Under the pieces are notes generated by a model. The model was not told the DNA's origin, did no database searches, and saw only the letters and a program-made list of their open reading frames with translations. 64,000 bases of DNA from an uncultured Verrucomicrobiae bacterium (GTDB lineage Bacteria; Verrucomicrobiota; Verrucomicrobiia; Limisphaerales; Palsa-1400). Within the stretch, counting starts at the first letter, position 1; each line of letters starts with the position of its first letter. Position numbers and translations under genes: made by a program. Shown piece by piece: positions 18,837 to 28,683 of the stretch. The stretch lies in contig CAVPOM010000018.1 in NCBI GenBank assembly GCA_963707025.1, positions 224,001 to 288,000 of the forward strand. Reading direction: 5' to 3'.

Positions 18837-19154
18837 ATGAGAGTCGTGCTCGACGAGTGCCTGCCAAGGCGATTGACCCGCGAACTGCCTGGACACGAGG
18901 CCCGCACGGTCCAGCAAATGGGATGGAGCGGCATTTCCAATGGCAAGCTGCTCTCTTTGATTCGTGGTCAATTTGACGCCTTCATCACTGTGGACAGCAA
19001 TCTGGCGTACCAGCAAAACCTCTCCGCCCTGCCGGTGGCCGTGGTTGTGTTGCGCGCGCCGTCCAACAAAATTGAAGATCTTCGCCCGCTCCTGCCCCTT
19101 TTGTTGGCGACGCTGACTGTTCTCAAGCCGTGCGAACTGCGCCTCGTGGGGTGA
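18837..19154 (+). CDS. DUF5615 PIN-like toxin
   Basis: MRVVLDECLPRRL..HEARTVQQMGWSG..FDAFITVDSNL. Confidence 0.9.
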   Translation: MRVVLDECLPRRLTRELPGHEARTVQQMGWSGISNGKLLSLIRGQFDAFITVDSNLAYQQNLSALPVAVVVLRAPSNKIEDLRPLLPLLLATLTVLKPCELRLVG

Positions 19155-19250
19155 GGGGATTCTGTCGAGCCACAGGCACGACGCTACAACGCCGGGTCAG
19201 TGGCCCGACGGGACGGGTCCCGACTGCATCGGGATGCCACCCATGCAGTA

Positions 19251-21722
19251 TTATGGGGGCAGCGGAACGGCGGCTTGGAGGGCGAGGGTGGCGGCGGTGA
19301 GGCCGGGGGCGGTGACGGTCAATAGGATTGTGCCGGTCGGGGCGGTGGCTTTGAGGAAGGCAACGCAGCGGCCCTGGAAGGCGCGGCGTTCGGCGGCCTG
19401 AAAGGGTTCGTGGCTGGAGTTGTCGGAATTGTCCACGGCGGCGATAACGCCGGGGCCGGAGAGATTGAAGGTGATCAGATCGTTGGCGGCGGGGACGGGC
19501 TGGCCGTCTTTGTCCACCACGGTGGCGGTGACGCGGCAAACATCATCCCAGTCGGCGGCGATTTTGGAGGCGGTGGCGGCGAGTTGGATTCTGGCGGGCG
19601 GGCCGGCGGTGCGGAGCCGGCTTTCGGCGACGGCGACGCCGCGGTTTTTGGCGACGGCGCTGAGGGTTCCCGGCGCAAAGTCCACTTTCCAAGTGCGCGG
19701 CGTGGCGTCATCATGCAGTTTTTGCGATCCGAGGGACTGGCCGTTGAGAAATAATTCCACCTCCTCGCAGTTGGCATAGACTTCGACGTTTTCCTGGTGG
19801 GGAGCTGAGTTTTGCGGGGTCCAATCGTCGAAGAGGACCTGGGGGCGGCGCAGGACGTTCTGCTGGGCGGGTTCGTAACCGGGATCGGTTGGGGAAGGCA
19901 TGGAGGCGGCGCTGCGGCGGGTGATGGAAACGATGGGCTGGCCGCTCCACCAGCTCTGGCGCTCGGCGGCCATCGGTTTGGGAGCGCCTGTGCGATCCAA
20001 CAGGCCGGAGCCGGCGGCGATGACCGGCCAGCGGCCCGCTTCGCCCAGATAGTCAATGCCGCTCCAGAGGAATTGGCCGGCGTAAGGGGCGTTGTCGCGC
20101 ACGTAGAGCCAGGCGCCGCGGTCGTGATGGTTTTCCGTGCCGATGATTTTGCGGGAGGGCTTTTGCTGATGGGCGGCGAGCAGTTCGTTGTCGCGATAAT
20201 TGGTGCCGATGACGTCGAGGAGGTCGGCCAGGCCGTTGTCGTAATCGTGGCTGACGTTGGGGCGGAAGAGGGCCTGGGTGACGGGACGGGAGGGATCGTT
20301 TTCATGGAAGACCTGAACCAGGCCAGCGAGGATTCTCTTGGAGAGGGCGGCATTGGGGGTGTCGTGAATTTCGTTGCCGGCGCTGTAAAGTATAATTGAG
20401 GGATGATTGCGGTCGCGCCGCACGGTGTCGCGGGTGTCGGTCAGCGACCAGTCGTTGAAATAAAGGTGATAATCGTAGCGGCTCTTGCCCACGGTCCAGC
20501 AATCGAACATTTCGTCCATGACGAGAAAGCCCATGCGGTCGCAGACATCGAGGAAGGCGGGGTCGGGAGGATTGTGGGCGGTGCGGACGGCGTTGGCGCC
20601 GAGGAGCCTGAGGGCGGCCAGGCGCTGCTCCCACACGGCCGGGGGCACGGCGATGCCGAAAGCGCCGGCGTCCTGATGGAGGCAGACGCCCTTGATTTTG
20701 AGGTTTTTTCCGTTGAGCCAGAATCCGGTGTCCGCCTCAAATTTGGCCTCGCGGATGCCGAAGGGAATGACTTCCTCGTCGAGCTTCACCGCTTCAGTGG
20801 AGGCGGCGGTGCTGACCGGATGGAATATCGTTCGGGGATCGGCTGCGGCGGCGAGCGTGATTAGCGTGACGCGGGCGCGATAAAGGACGGGATTGTCCAA
20901 ATCCCAACGCCGCGGATTGTTGACAACAATGTCCTGGTCAAATTGCGCCGAATCTCCGGCGGCGAGATTCAGGGATTTGCTGTCACCCTTGGCCGCGGAT
21001 TTTCCGTCCGGATCGAGCAAGTCAACCATCAGGAAAATTTCGCGCGGCGAAGCGGATTGGTTGGTGACGGCGCATTGGACGCGGACGGTGGCCTGGGCGG
21101 CGGAGACTTGCGGGGTGGTGACGAAGACGCCCCAGTGGGCGATGTGAACCGGACCGGTCGCGACGAGGCGAACGTGACGGTAAATGCCAGCGCCGAAATA
21201 ATAACGGGAGGCCGGTTGGGCCGAGGTGTCGGCGCGGACGGCGAGAACATTATCCGCGCCGCCGAAATGCAAATGGCCGGTGAGTTCGTATTGGAAACCG
21301 ACGTAGCCGTAAGGACGGTGGCCGAGGTTGAAGCCGTTGATCCAGACATCGCTGTTGGCCATCACGCCGTCGAATTCAATGAAGACGCGGCGGGCGGAGA
21401 AATTTTCCGGGAGGGAAAAATGTTTGCGGTACCAGCCGACGCCGGCGGGGAGAAAGGCGCCCGCGCCGCCGGTGGCATTGGAGGAGGCAAAGGGGCCTTC
21501 GATGCTCCAATCGTGGGGCACATCCAATTTGCGCCAGGCGGCGTCGGCCAAGGCGGGTTGTTCGGCGCCCGGGGCGTCGGATTTGAGGAAGAGCCAGGCG
21601 GAGTCGAAGGACTGGGTGGAGCGGGGCGAGGAAAGAGGGGGGCGGACCCTTGGCGGCATGGCGGTGCAGGAAGCAACCAGCGCAACGATTACGAAGGCGA
21701 AGCGGAATGCGTTTTTTTTCAT
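19251..21722 (-). CDS. Glycoside hydrolase family 2 (beta-galactosidase-like), lipoprotein-type signal
   Basis: LDVPHDWSIE, GVGWYRKHF, GVCLHQD, AVRTAHNPP, RDRNHPSIILYSAGNE, WSGIDYLGE. Confidence 0.93.
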   Translation of the reverse strand: MKKNAFRFAFVIVALVASCTAMPPRVRPPLSSPRSTQSFDSAWLFLKSDAPGAEQPALADAAWRKLDVPHDWSIEGPFASSNATGGAGAFLPAGVGWYRKHFSLPENFSARRVFIEFDGVMANSDVWINGFNLGHRPYGYVGFQYELTGHLHFGGADNVLAVRADTSAQPASRYYFGAGIYRHVRLVATGPVHIAHWGVFVTTPQVSAAQATVRVQCAVTNQSASPREIFLMVDLLDPDGKSAAKGDSKSLNLAAGDSAQFDQDIVVNNPRRWDLDNPVLYRARVTLITLAAAADPRTIFHPVSTAASTEAVKLDEEVIPFGIREAKFEADTGFWLNGKNLKIKGVCLHQDAGAFGIAVPPAVWEQRLAALRLLGANAVRTAHNPPDPAFLDVCDRMGFLVMDEMFDCWTVGKSRYDYHLYFNDWSLTDTRDTVRRDRNHPSIILYSAGNEIHDTPNAALSKRILAGLVQVFHENDPSRPVTQALFRPNVSHDYDNGLADLLDVIGTNYRDNELLAAHQQKPSRKIIGTENHHDRGAWLYVRDNAPYAGQFLWSGIDYLGEAGRWPVIAAGSGLLDRTGAPKPMAAERQSWWSGQPIVSITRRSAASMPSPTDPGYEPAQQNVLRRPQVLFDDWTPQNSAPHQENVEVYANCEEVELFLNGQSLGSQKLHDDATPRTWKVDFAPGTLSAVAKNRGVAVAESRLRTAGPPARIQLAATASKIAADWDDVCRVTATVVDKDGQPVPAANDLITFNLSGPGVIAAVDNSDNSSHEPFQAAERRAFQGRCVAFLKATAPTGTILLTVTAPGLTAATLALQAAVPLPP

Positions 21723-24643
21723 TTTTGAAGGGGCCGGGTTTCCGGCGGCCAGAGATAACCGGGGGCCGGAGCCTGGCCGTCATCGGCGGCAATGGTGTCA
21801 ATAACAATGCCCGGGTCCACCATCCAGATTTTCAGGAGGTGCAGGCCGGGCCGGGCGACGGGATGGGAACTGGAGCCCAAGGCGGCGTTGCGCAGAACAT
21901 CTTCCTGCCAGCGGCGGTCGGTTTCGCTGGTGGAAACCGGCAAGGCCACGATCCTGGGGGTTTCGTTGTCGAGGGCGATGGCGTAGCGCTGGGGGCGTCC
22001 GGTTTCGACGGAGAAGGTCGGGAGGGCGCGCACGGTGAAATGCCAGTCGCCGGGATGCTGCATCCAGATTGTGTAATGCAAGGCGGGAGACTCGGCGAGG
22101 ATTTTTTGCGGGTCGGAGCGGACGGGAACCAGGGTTGGGAAAACGGCAACGGCGCTGCCCTGGTAGCCGAGGCCGCGGATGGTTTCCCAGCGGGCGTCCA
22201 GGCCGGGCAAAAAGGCGGAAGCGTGGGCGGCTTGGGCGACGATGTGGTGATTGTCCTCCACAAAATCGGCCGCGCGCATCGGGGCGGTGTCGGCCGGGTT
22301 GAAGAGGCTGAGGAGCACCGCCAGGGGCGGTTGGTTGGAGGAGGCGAACCGGATAAAGCCGCGGACATCGTCGCCCGCCGGCGCGCGCGGCCAGTCAATG
22401 GTCACCCAGAGGCGAGCCTCCTGGCCGCCGGCGCTTCGGCTAAGCTGAATCCAATCCGCGCTGGGGGCGGCCGTCCAGCGCAGCGGTTGGGAGCCGGCAT
22501 TGAAGACATCCACGAAATAAGAGCGGCGGGTCAGTTTGCTGAACTGCGGCAGCACGTTGGTGGAGAGACTTCCTTCCGTGCCCGCCAGGACGGCCTGACC
22601 GGCGCCTTCCAGGAGAAGGCCGAGTTTGGCCGGGGAGAAAGGCCTTTCCGGCACTGGAATTTTGGGGAGGGAAAAGACGGGCTGGGCGCGGGGATTGTCG
22701 GACATGATGAAGCGCCATTTGCCGCCAGCGGTGCGGTTGTTGTAAAGGTCCGTCTGCCGGGCGATTTCCTGCTGGGCGCTTTGGGCCTGGGCGAGAAGAT
22801 CGAGAGGCGGGGGGCGGCCGAGTTTGGAGCAGGCCTGATAGCGGCTGAGGGCGAGCCACTTGTCATTCATGAGGAGGGAGGCGATGACGGGATAGCCGAT
22901 GAGTTCGAAGAAAGCATCCTGCATTTCCGGGGGCAGTTTTTGGGCCAGAGCGGCGGTGAGGGCGCCCAGAGCGCGCCAGGATTGCAGGCGCTGTTCGGCC
23001 TCGTCGCCGTTGGCGGCGCTGGAAAAGATTTCGCCGGAAGTGAGAGCCATGTGTTCGGGTTTGCGCTGGAAGTTGAGGCGGTTGTATTCGGCGAAGACGG
23101 CGGAGATTTGGGGGGCGAGATCGGGGCCGAAATCGCGGGCGAATTGTTGTTCGATCAAGGCCTCGGTGTTGGAGGCGTTCCAGGAATGGGGATTCCAGGC
23201 GAGCTTGAGGAAGAATTCGATGTCCATCTCGGCCGGTTTCAAATCGCCGACGTTGAGCATCCAGACGTGATTGGCGCCGTAGTCATAGGCCTTGGACATT
23301 TCCTCGCCGATAAGAGCGGGCGGGGTGGAGCAAAGCCAGAGATAATCCTGGGGCCGGCCCCAATAGGAAACATGGTAATAGACCCCGGCCCCGCCGGCGC
23401 GGGCGCGCTCGCGGGCGTCGGAAAACTGGCGGACGTAACCGTAATTGTCGTCGGGCCAAAGGAGGGTGATGTCGGAGGGAATGTCCGGGGCGAGGCGGTA
23501 GAGGTCGAGGACTTCCTTGTAGGGGCAAAAAATCTGCGGGACGGAGGAAAGATTAGTGTTGACCCAGCGGGCGAGGAGGGCGCGCTGGTCCTGAATGATG
23601 TGGAGGAGGCGGGCGGCTTTCTCGGAGGGGGCGCCGCCGCCGGGCATGGCGCCGTCGCTAATGCCGCGCATGCCCAGGGTGTAAACGTTGTCGAAAGCGG
23701 CATTCTCGCGGACGCGCTCTTCCCAGTAATTGAGCACGCCGTCGCGATTGAGCACGTAATTGTATTCGCCGTTCTTTTCAGGCTTCCATTCGTCAATATT
23801 GTCGCGGAGCATTTGCTCGCAATGGGAGGAGCCCATGACGATGCCGTAAAGGCCGGCGATTTGCTTGTTGGTGGGAAAGGAATTGAAGGCGGGGGTGCCG
23901 GGATGCATGGCAGGCCAGAGATAGTTGGCGCGCAAACGCAGGAGCAACTCGAAGACTTTGGCGTAAGTGTGTGGGCCGATGTTGCCGGTCTCCGGCTCGA
24001 GGGTTTTGGCCGCCCAGGGGCGCAGCCCCCAATCCTCGTCGTTCAAGAAGATGCCGCGATACTTGACGGCGGGCGGCCCTTGCGTGAAAATTCCCTTGTG
24101 GACGGCCAGGAAATTTTTCCGTTTGGGCGGCACGTCGGCCCACCAGTACCACGGGGAGACGCCGATCCACTCCGATAATTGGTAGAGGCCGTAAATCGTC
24201 CCGCGCCGGTCGCTGCCGGCGATGACCAGGGCGGAGTCCACGCCGGGCAGGGGATTGTCCACCACTTGCAGCAGATAACTTTCCCACCCGCCGCCAATGC
24301 CGCCGGCCTGGATTTTTCCCGCGGCGGCGAGGCGGTCCATGACCTGGCTGCGGCCGAGCGTGCCGGCGATGATGAGGTTTTTGGCGCCGTCCGTATTTTG
24401 CTGGAGCGCGGGTTGGAGACCGGTGACGCGGGCGATGTCGGCGGCCAGATCACCGGCGGCGCGGAGGACGGCGCGGTCATCGCCGGGTTCGACAAAAATG
24501 GGGACGGGGTTTTGGCCGTCGCAGAGAACGAAGGCGTCCGGACCGGGGGAGTCGGCCAGGGAGAGTTGGGCGAAAGCAGGCGGGGCGGGCCAGAGCCAGG
24601 CGGGCAGCAGGAGCAAAGGGAAGGAGGCGCGAAAAGTGAACAT
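21719..24643 (-). CDS. Glycoside hydrolase family 115 (alpha-glucuronidase-like)
   Basis: GSDRRGTIYG, GVSPWYWWADVP, YRGIFLNDEDWG, ELLLRLRANYLWPAMH, MGSSHCE, DDNYGY, NVGDLKP. Confidence 0.93.
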   Translation of the reverse strand: MFTFRASFPLLLLPAWLWPAPPAFAQLSLADSPGPDAFVLCDGQNPVPIFVEPGDDRAVLRAAGDLAADIARVTGLQPALQQNTDGAKNLIIAGTLGRSQVMDRLAAAGKIQAGGIGGGWESYLLQVVDNPLPGVDSALVIAGSDRRGTIYGLYQLSEWIGVSPWYWWADVPPKRKNFLAVHKGIFTQGPPAVKYRGIFLNDEDWGLRPWAAKTLEPETGNIGPHTYAKVFELLLRLRANYLWPAMHPGTPAFNSFPTNKQIAGLYGIVMGSSHCEQMLRDNIDEWKPEKNGEYNYVLNRDGVLNYWEERVRENAAFDNVYTLGMRGISDGAMPGGGAPSEKAARLLHIIQDQRALLARWVNTNLSSVPQIFCPYKEVLDLYRLAPDIPSDITLLWPDDNYGYVRQFSDARERARAGGAGVYYHVSYWGRPQDYLWLCSTPPALIGEEMSKAYDYGANHVWMLNVGDLKPAEMDIEFFLKLAWNPHSWNASNTEALIEQQFARDFGPDLAPQISAVFAEYNRLNFQRKPEHMALTSGEIFSSAANGDEAEQRLQSWRALGALTAALAQKLPPEMQDAFFELIGYPVIASLLMNDKWLALSRYQACSKLGRPPPLDLLAQAQSAQQEIARQTDLYNNRTAGGKWRFIMSDNPRAQPVFSLPKIPVPERPFSPAKLGLLLEGAGQAVLAGTEGSLSTNVLPQFSKLTRRSYFVDVFNAGSQPLRWTAAPSADWIQLSRSAGGQEARLWVTIDWPRAPAGDDVRGFIRFASSNQPPLAVLLSLFNPADTAPMRAADFVEDNHHIVAQAAHASAFLPGLDARWETIRGLGYQGSAVAVFPTLVPVRSDPQKILAESPALHYTIWMQHPGDWHFTVRALPTFSVETGRPQRYAIALDNETPRIVALPVSTSETDRRWQEDVLRNAALGSSSHPVARPGLHLLKIWMVDPGIVIDTIAADDGQAPAPGYLWPPETRPLQK

Positions 24644-24736
24644 GGCGCGAAGCGGATTCAAGAGGCCATTGAAACCACTTTTTGTCAGTTGCGCAATAAA
24701 ACAGACGACGCGGCTGCAGGAATTATGGAAAGCTTG

Positions 24737-24873
24737 GCAAAATCATGGGGGGCAAAATGTTGAGCGCCTGGAGTGCGCCGACTGGCCGGCACTGCCGCTT
24801 TCCGAAAGCGGCGGCAAGCCGCCGCCATGATGTTATTTCCCCTGGTTTGCGGCGGCCAGAGACCGCCGCTACA
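24737..24873. repeat. Cluster of REP-like palindromes
   Basis: GGCAAAAT x2, a GGAGTGCG hairpin, and gcggcggccagagaccgccgctac (GTAG-type, also at 49372, 49762 and 55881). Confidence 0.7.
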
Positions 24874-25138
24874 ATCGTGGAGGCGCGTTTTGCAGAGGTC
24901 TCATTCTCTAAACAACGGCGTTTGTCGGCGGGGTGTCGTTTACCGTTCCGGCCGGCGAGCCGCCTGTGCCACCCAACGGGTTCGGACACGGGTGTGAAAG
25001 GTCCGGGCGAAAATCCGGGGCGTGCAGCGCCACCCCCTGGCCGATGCCGGTCAAAATGAGGAGAATGGGTGCCTAAATTAAGTTGTCATGTTTGCCGATA
25101 AGGAGATAGCATGAAGGCTCGAAATTGCCTGAAGTCAT

Positions 25139-28100
25139 TTGTCCAATTGCGTGAGTTCAGTCGAAACAGTTACGGCCCCTGAAAACCCGGCGACCAAGCG
25201 AGCCGGGGAGTTTTTTCGTCAGCAGAAACAGGTCAATTTCAAGGCGACGGACCGGATGTTCGCCTGGCTGATCGCTTTCGAGTGGCTGGCGGCGATGGCG
25301 GCGGCGTCGCTGATCGCCCCTACCATAGATCAGTTGAAGGAGATCCCCCAATGGCACCTGTTCGAGATGGCGGCCGGATTGTCGGGGCTGATTTACCTGC
25401 TGCCGCTGACCCTGGCCTTGTTTCATCCGGGGCGGGCATACACGCGGCATGTCATTGCCGTCGGGCAGATGTTGACGCCGTCGCTTTTTATATTTCTGAC
25501 GGGGCGGGGATTTGAAACGCATTTTTTTGTATTCGGCGCGCTGGCCTCGCTGGCGGCGTATCGGGACATCAAGGTTTTGATGACGGCCACGCTGGTGGTG
25601 GCGCTGGATGACCGGCTGGGGCAATGGGTGCAGACGATATTTTTTAATCCGACCTATTTGATGCCGTGGACGTGGGTGGAATTCACCGGCTGGGTGTTGT
25701 TTGAGGACACGCTGCTGGCCATCTGGATATGGGAGAGCCTGCGTCTGATGGCCGGATTGGCGCGGCACCAGGCGGAGGAGGAGATTCTCAATGAAATCGT
25801 GGCGCGCGAGGTGGCCGAACGGATCGAGGCGCTCAAGCAGGAGAACACCCGCTACCGGCTGGTGCAGACCTCCCTGGAACGCAGCGAAGCGAGGTTTCGT
25901 TCGTTGAGCGAGTCTTCGCCCGCCGGCATTTTTCTGGCGGATATTTCGGGGGGGCGGGTTTACAGCAATTCCAAGTGGCTGCAGATGACGGGCCTGACGC
26001 CCAGCGAAAGCATGGGGGATGGCTGGATGCGGGCTTTGCATCCGGAGGACAAGCCCGGGGTGGTGCAGTGGTGGCAACAATGCGTGCGGGAGCGCAAGGA
26101 ATACTCCCAGGAATTCCGCCTGGTGACCCCGCAGGGCGAAGTCCACTGGGTATCCTGCCGGGCCGCCTTGATTCCCACCGAAGAGCCGGCCAAGGATGAA
26201 AATGGGGATGCGATTGAAGCCAGCGAGGACAGCGGCGGTTACGTGGGCACGATGCGCGACATCACCGAATACAAGAAGGTGGAGGAAGAACTGCGGGAGG
26301 CCAAGGCCAAAGCCGACGCGGCCGTCAAGGCCAAGAGCGAATTTCTGGCCAAAATGAGCCATGAAATTCGCACGCCCATGAACGGCGTCATCGGCATGGC
26401 CAACCTGTTGCGCGACACGCCGCTGGGTTCACAACAACGCGAATATGCCGACGCCATCCGGCGCAGCGCCGAGTCGCTGCTGCTGTTGATCAACGATGTT
26501 TTGGACTTCTCCAAGTCGGAAGCCAAGAAGCTGATTTTTGAGACGATGGATTTTGATTTGCAGGAAACCATTGAAGGCTCCCTGGAGCTTCTGGCGGAAG
26601 GCGCCCAGGCCAAGAACATCGAATTGGCGGGGTTTGTGCTGGCCGATGTTCCCACCCAGCTCCGCGGCGATCCCAGACGATTGCGCCAGATTGTCGTCAA
26701 TCTGGTCAGCAACGCCGTCAAGTTCACCGAATGCGGGGAAGTGGTGGTTTCCGTCTCCAGCGTGAGGGAAAGCCAGGCACACGTGGAGCTGCGGTTTGAA
26801 GTGCGGGACACGGGCATCGGGATTGATCCGGCCACCCAGCCCAAACTGTTCCAGGTGTTCAGCCAGGCCGACAGTTCGACCACCCGCAAGTACGGGGGCA
26901 CGGGCCTGGGCCTGGCCATTTCCAAGCAACTGGTGGAATTGATGGGAGGGCAGATTGGTTTCACCAGCGTGCCGGGACAAGGCTCGACGTTTTGGTTTAC
27001 GGCCGGCTTCGACAAGCAACCCGCCGGCGCCAAAGCCGCGGCCGCCAAATCGGACAAGATCAATCTCCATGTCCTGATCGTGGACGACAACCAGACCAAC
27101 CGGCAGATACTGGAGGAATTGCTGCACAGTTGGGGCATGCGCTCCTGCGCGGCCCACGGCGCCCAGGAAGCCCTGGAAAAATTGCAGGAATCCACCCACG
27201 ATCCCATTGATGCTGTTCTTCTTGACATGCACATGCCCGGCATGAACGGCATCACCCTGGCCCATGTCATCAAATCAGACCCGGCCATCGCCAAAACCCG
27301 GGTCATCCTCCTCACCTCCCTGGGCAATTTAATGGACGACGACAAACTGGCCCGGACGGGGGTGGACGCCTGCCTGGTCAAACCGGTCAAACGCGCCCGG
27401 CTTTACGAGTGCCTGACCGGCCCGGCCAAGGAAAAGGGCGCTGCCGGGGCGGCCCCCAACCAAGGCCCCGCGCCCAAGCCGCCCATTGTGCTGGCCGCCC
27501 GCCCCCTGCGCATCCTTCTGGCCGAAGACAATCTCATCAACCAGCGCGTCGCGGTCGCCCAGTTGAAAAAACTCGGCTACTCGCCCAACGTGGTCAGCAA
27601 CGGCGTGGAAGCTTTGGAAATGGCCGTCCAGAAAGCGTATGATGTCATTTTAATGGACGTCCAGATGCCGGAGATGGACGGCTACGAAGCCACCGAGCAA
27701 ATTCGGTCGCGCGAAAAGGCCGCGGGCCGCAAACCGGTCTATATCGTCGCCATGACGGCCAACGCCATGCAGGGCGACCGCGAGAAATGCCTGGCGGCGC
27801 AGATGAGCGATTACCTCTCCAAACCGGTCAAGGACACCGAATTGAAGAAAGCGCTGGAACGCGCTCCTCTGCCGGCGGCCGGCGCCGGCGCCGATGGGGC
27901 CGCCGATTTTGTGCCGCCGGAGGCGGCCAGCGACAATGACCTGGTGGACCTGGAAAGACTGGAAGCCGCCGCCAACGAAGACCCTGCCATGTTGCAGGAA
28001 TTGGTGGAGCTTTACTTTGCCCAGGCCAAGGATTTGATGAATGGCCTGCGGGGAGCGATCAACGCCGGGTCGGCCAAGGACGTGGATCATTTCGCCCACA

Positions 28101-28285
28101 AACTTGTCGGGGCCAGTCTGGCCTGCGGCATGTCGGCCATGGTTCTGCCGTTGCGCGAGTTGGAACGCCAGGGCAAGGAAGGCCGCCTGACCAACGCCGA
28201 GGCCTTGTTTGCCCAGACCAGCCGCCATTTGGAATTGACCCGCAGCAAAGTCGGTACTTACGTGCGCGAATACCAACACCCGTGA
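25139..28285 (+). CDS. Membrane hybrid histidine kinase (TM-PAS-HisKA-HATPase-2xREC-Hpt)
   Basis: FLAKMSHEIRTPMNG, NLVSNAVKFT, DTGIG, GGTGLGL, two receiver domains (LDMHMP, MDVQMP), Hpt AHKLVGAS. Confidence 0.95.
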   Translation: MSNCVSSVETVTAPENPATKRAGEFFRQQKQVNFKATDRMFAWLIAFEWLAAMAAASLIAPTIDQLKEIPQWHLFEMAAGLSGLIYLLPLTLALFHPGRAYTRHVIAVGQMLTPSLFIFLTGRGFETHFFVFGALASLAAYRDIKVLMTATLVVALDDRLGQWVQTIFFNPTYLMPWTWVEFTGWVLFEDTLLAIWIWESLRLMAGLARHQAEEEILNEIVAREVAERIEALKQENTRYRLVQTSLERSEARFRSLSESSPAGIFLADISGGRVYSNSKWLQMTGLTPSESMGDGWMRALHPEDKPGVVQWWQQCVRERKEYSQEFRLVTPQGEVHWVSCRAALIPTEEPAKDENGDAIEASEDSGGYVGTMRDITEYKKVEEELREAKAKADAAVKAKSEFLAKMSHEIRTPMNGVIGMANLLRDTPLGSQQREYADAIRRSAESLLLLINDVLDFSKSEAKKLIFETMDFDLQETIEGSLELLAEGAQAKNIELAGFVLADVPTQLRGDPRRLRQIVVNLVSNAVKFTECGEVVVSVSSVRESQAHVELRFEVRDTGIGIDPATQPKLFQVFSQADSSTTRKYGGTGLGLAISKQLVELMGGQIGFTSVPGQGSTFWFTAGFDKQPAGAKAAAAKSDKINLHVLIVDDNQTNRQILEELLHSWGMRSCAAHGAQEALEKLQESTHDPIDAVLLDMHMPGMNGITLAHVIKSDPAIAKTRVILLTSLGNLMDDDKLARTGVDACLVKPVKRARLYECLTGPAKEKGAAGAAPNQGPAPKPPIVLAARPLRILLAEDNLINQRVAVAQLKKLGYSPNVVSNGVEALEMAVQKAYDVILMDVQMPEMDGYEATEQIRSREKAAGRKPVYIVAMTANAMQGDREKCLAAQMSDYLSKPVKDTELKKALERAPLPAAGAGADGAADFVPPEAASDNDLVDLERLEAAANEDPAMLQELVELYFAQAKDLMNGLRGAINAGSAKDVDHFAHKLVGASLACGMSAMVLPLRELERQGKEGRLTNAEALFAQTSRHLELTRSKVGTYVREYQHP

Positions 28286-28671
28286 CACCCAACGAAAACC
28301 AATCCCAGGCCGCCGCCGGCAAGCCGGCGGTGGATTTTAAACAGTTGCGCGACGCGTCGGGCGAGGATCCCACCTTCCTGCGGGACCTGACCAAGCTTTA
28401 TTTCGACCAGGCCGGGGAGATCATGGCCGCCCTGGTCGTCGCCTTGGAAAAGCGTTCCGCGGGCGAGGTGGATTATTTGGCCCACCGGCTGGCCGGGGCC
28501 AGCCTCTCTTGCGGCATGTCGGCCATGGTGGCTCCCCTCCGGGAACTGGAGGCGCGCGGGCGCAAGGGCGATCTGACCGGCGCCGATGACTTCGTGGCCC
28601 AGGCCGCGGCCAACCTGGAGATCGTCCGCGCCGCGGTGCAGGAATATCTGCGCAGCGGCAAAACCGGCTAG
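28282..28671 (+). CDS. Stand-alone Hpt domain protein
   Basis: AHRLAGASLSCGMSAMVAPLRELE; paralogous to the Hpt domain of the upstream kinase. Confidence 0.9.
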   Translation: MTPNENQSQAAAGKPAVDFKQLRDASGEDPTFLRDLTKLYFDQAGEIMAALVVALEKRSAGEVDYLAHRLAGASLSCGMSAMVAPLRELEARGRKGDLTGADDFVAQAAANLEIVRAAVQEYLRSGKTG

Positions 28672-28683
28672 GAGCCTGTTCCG

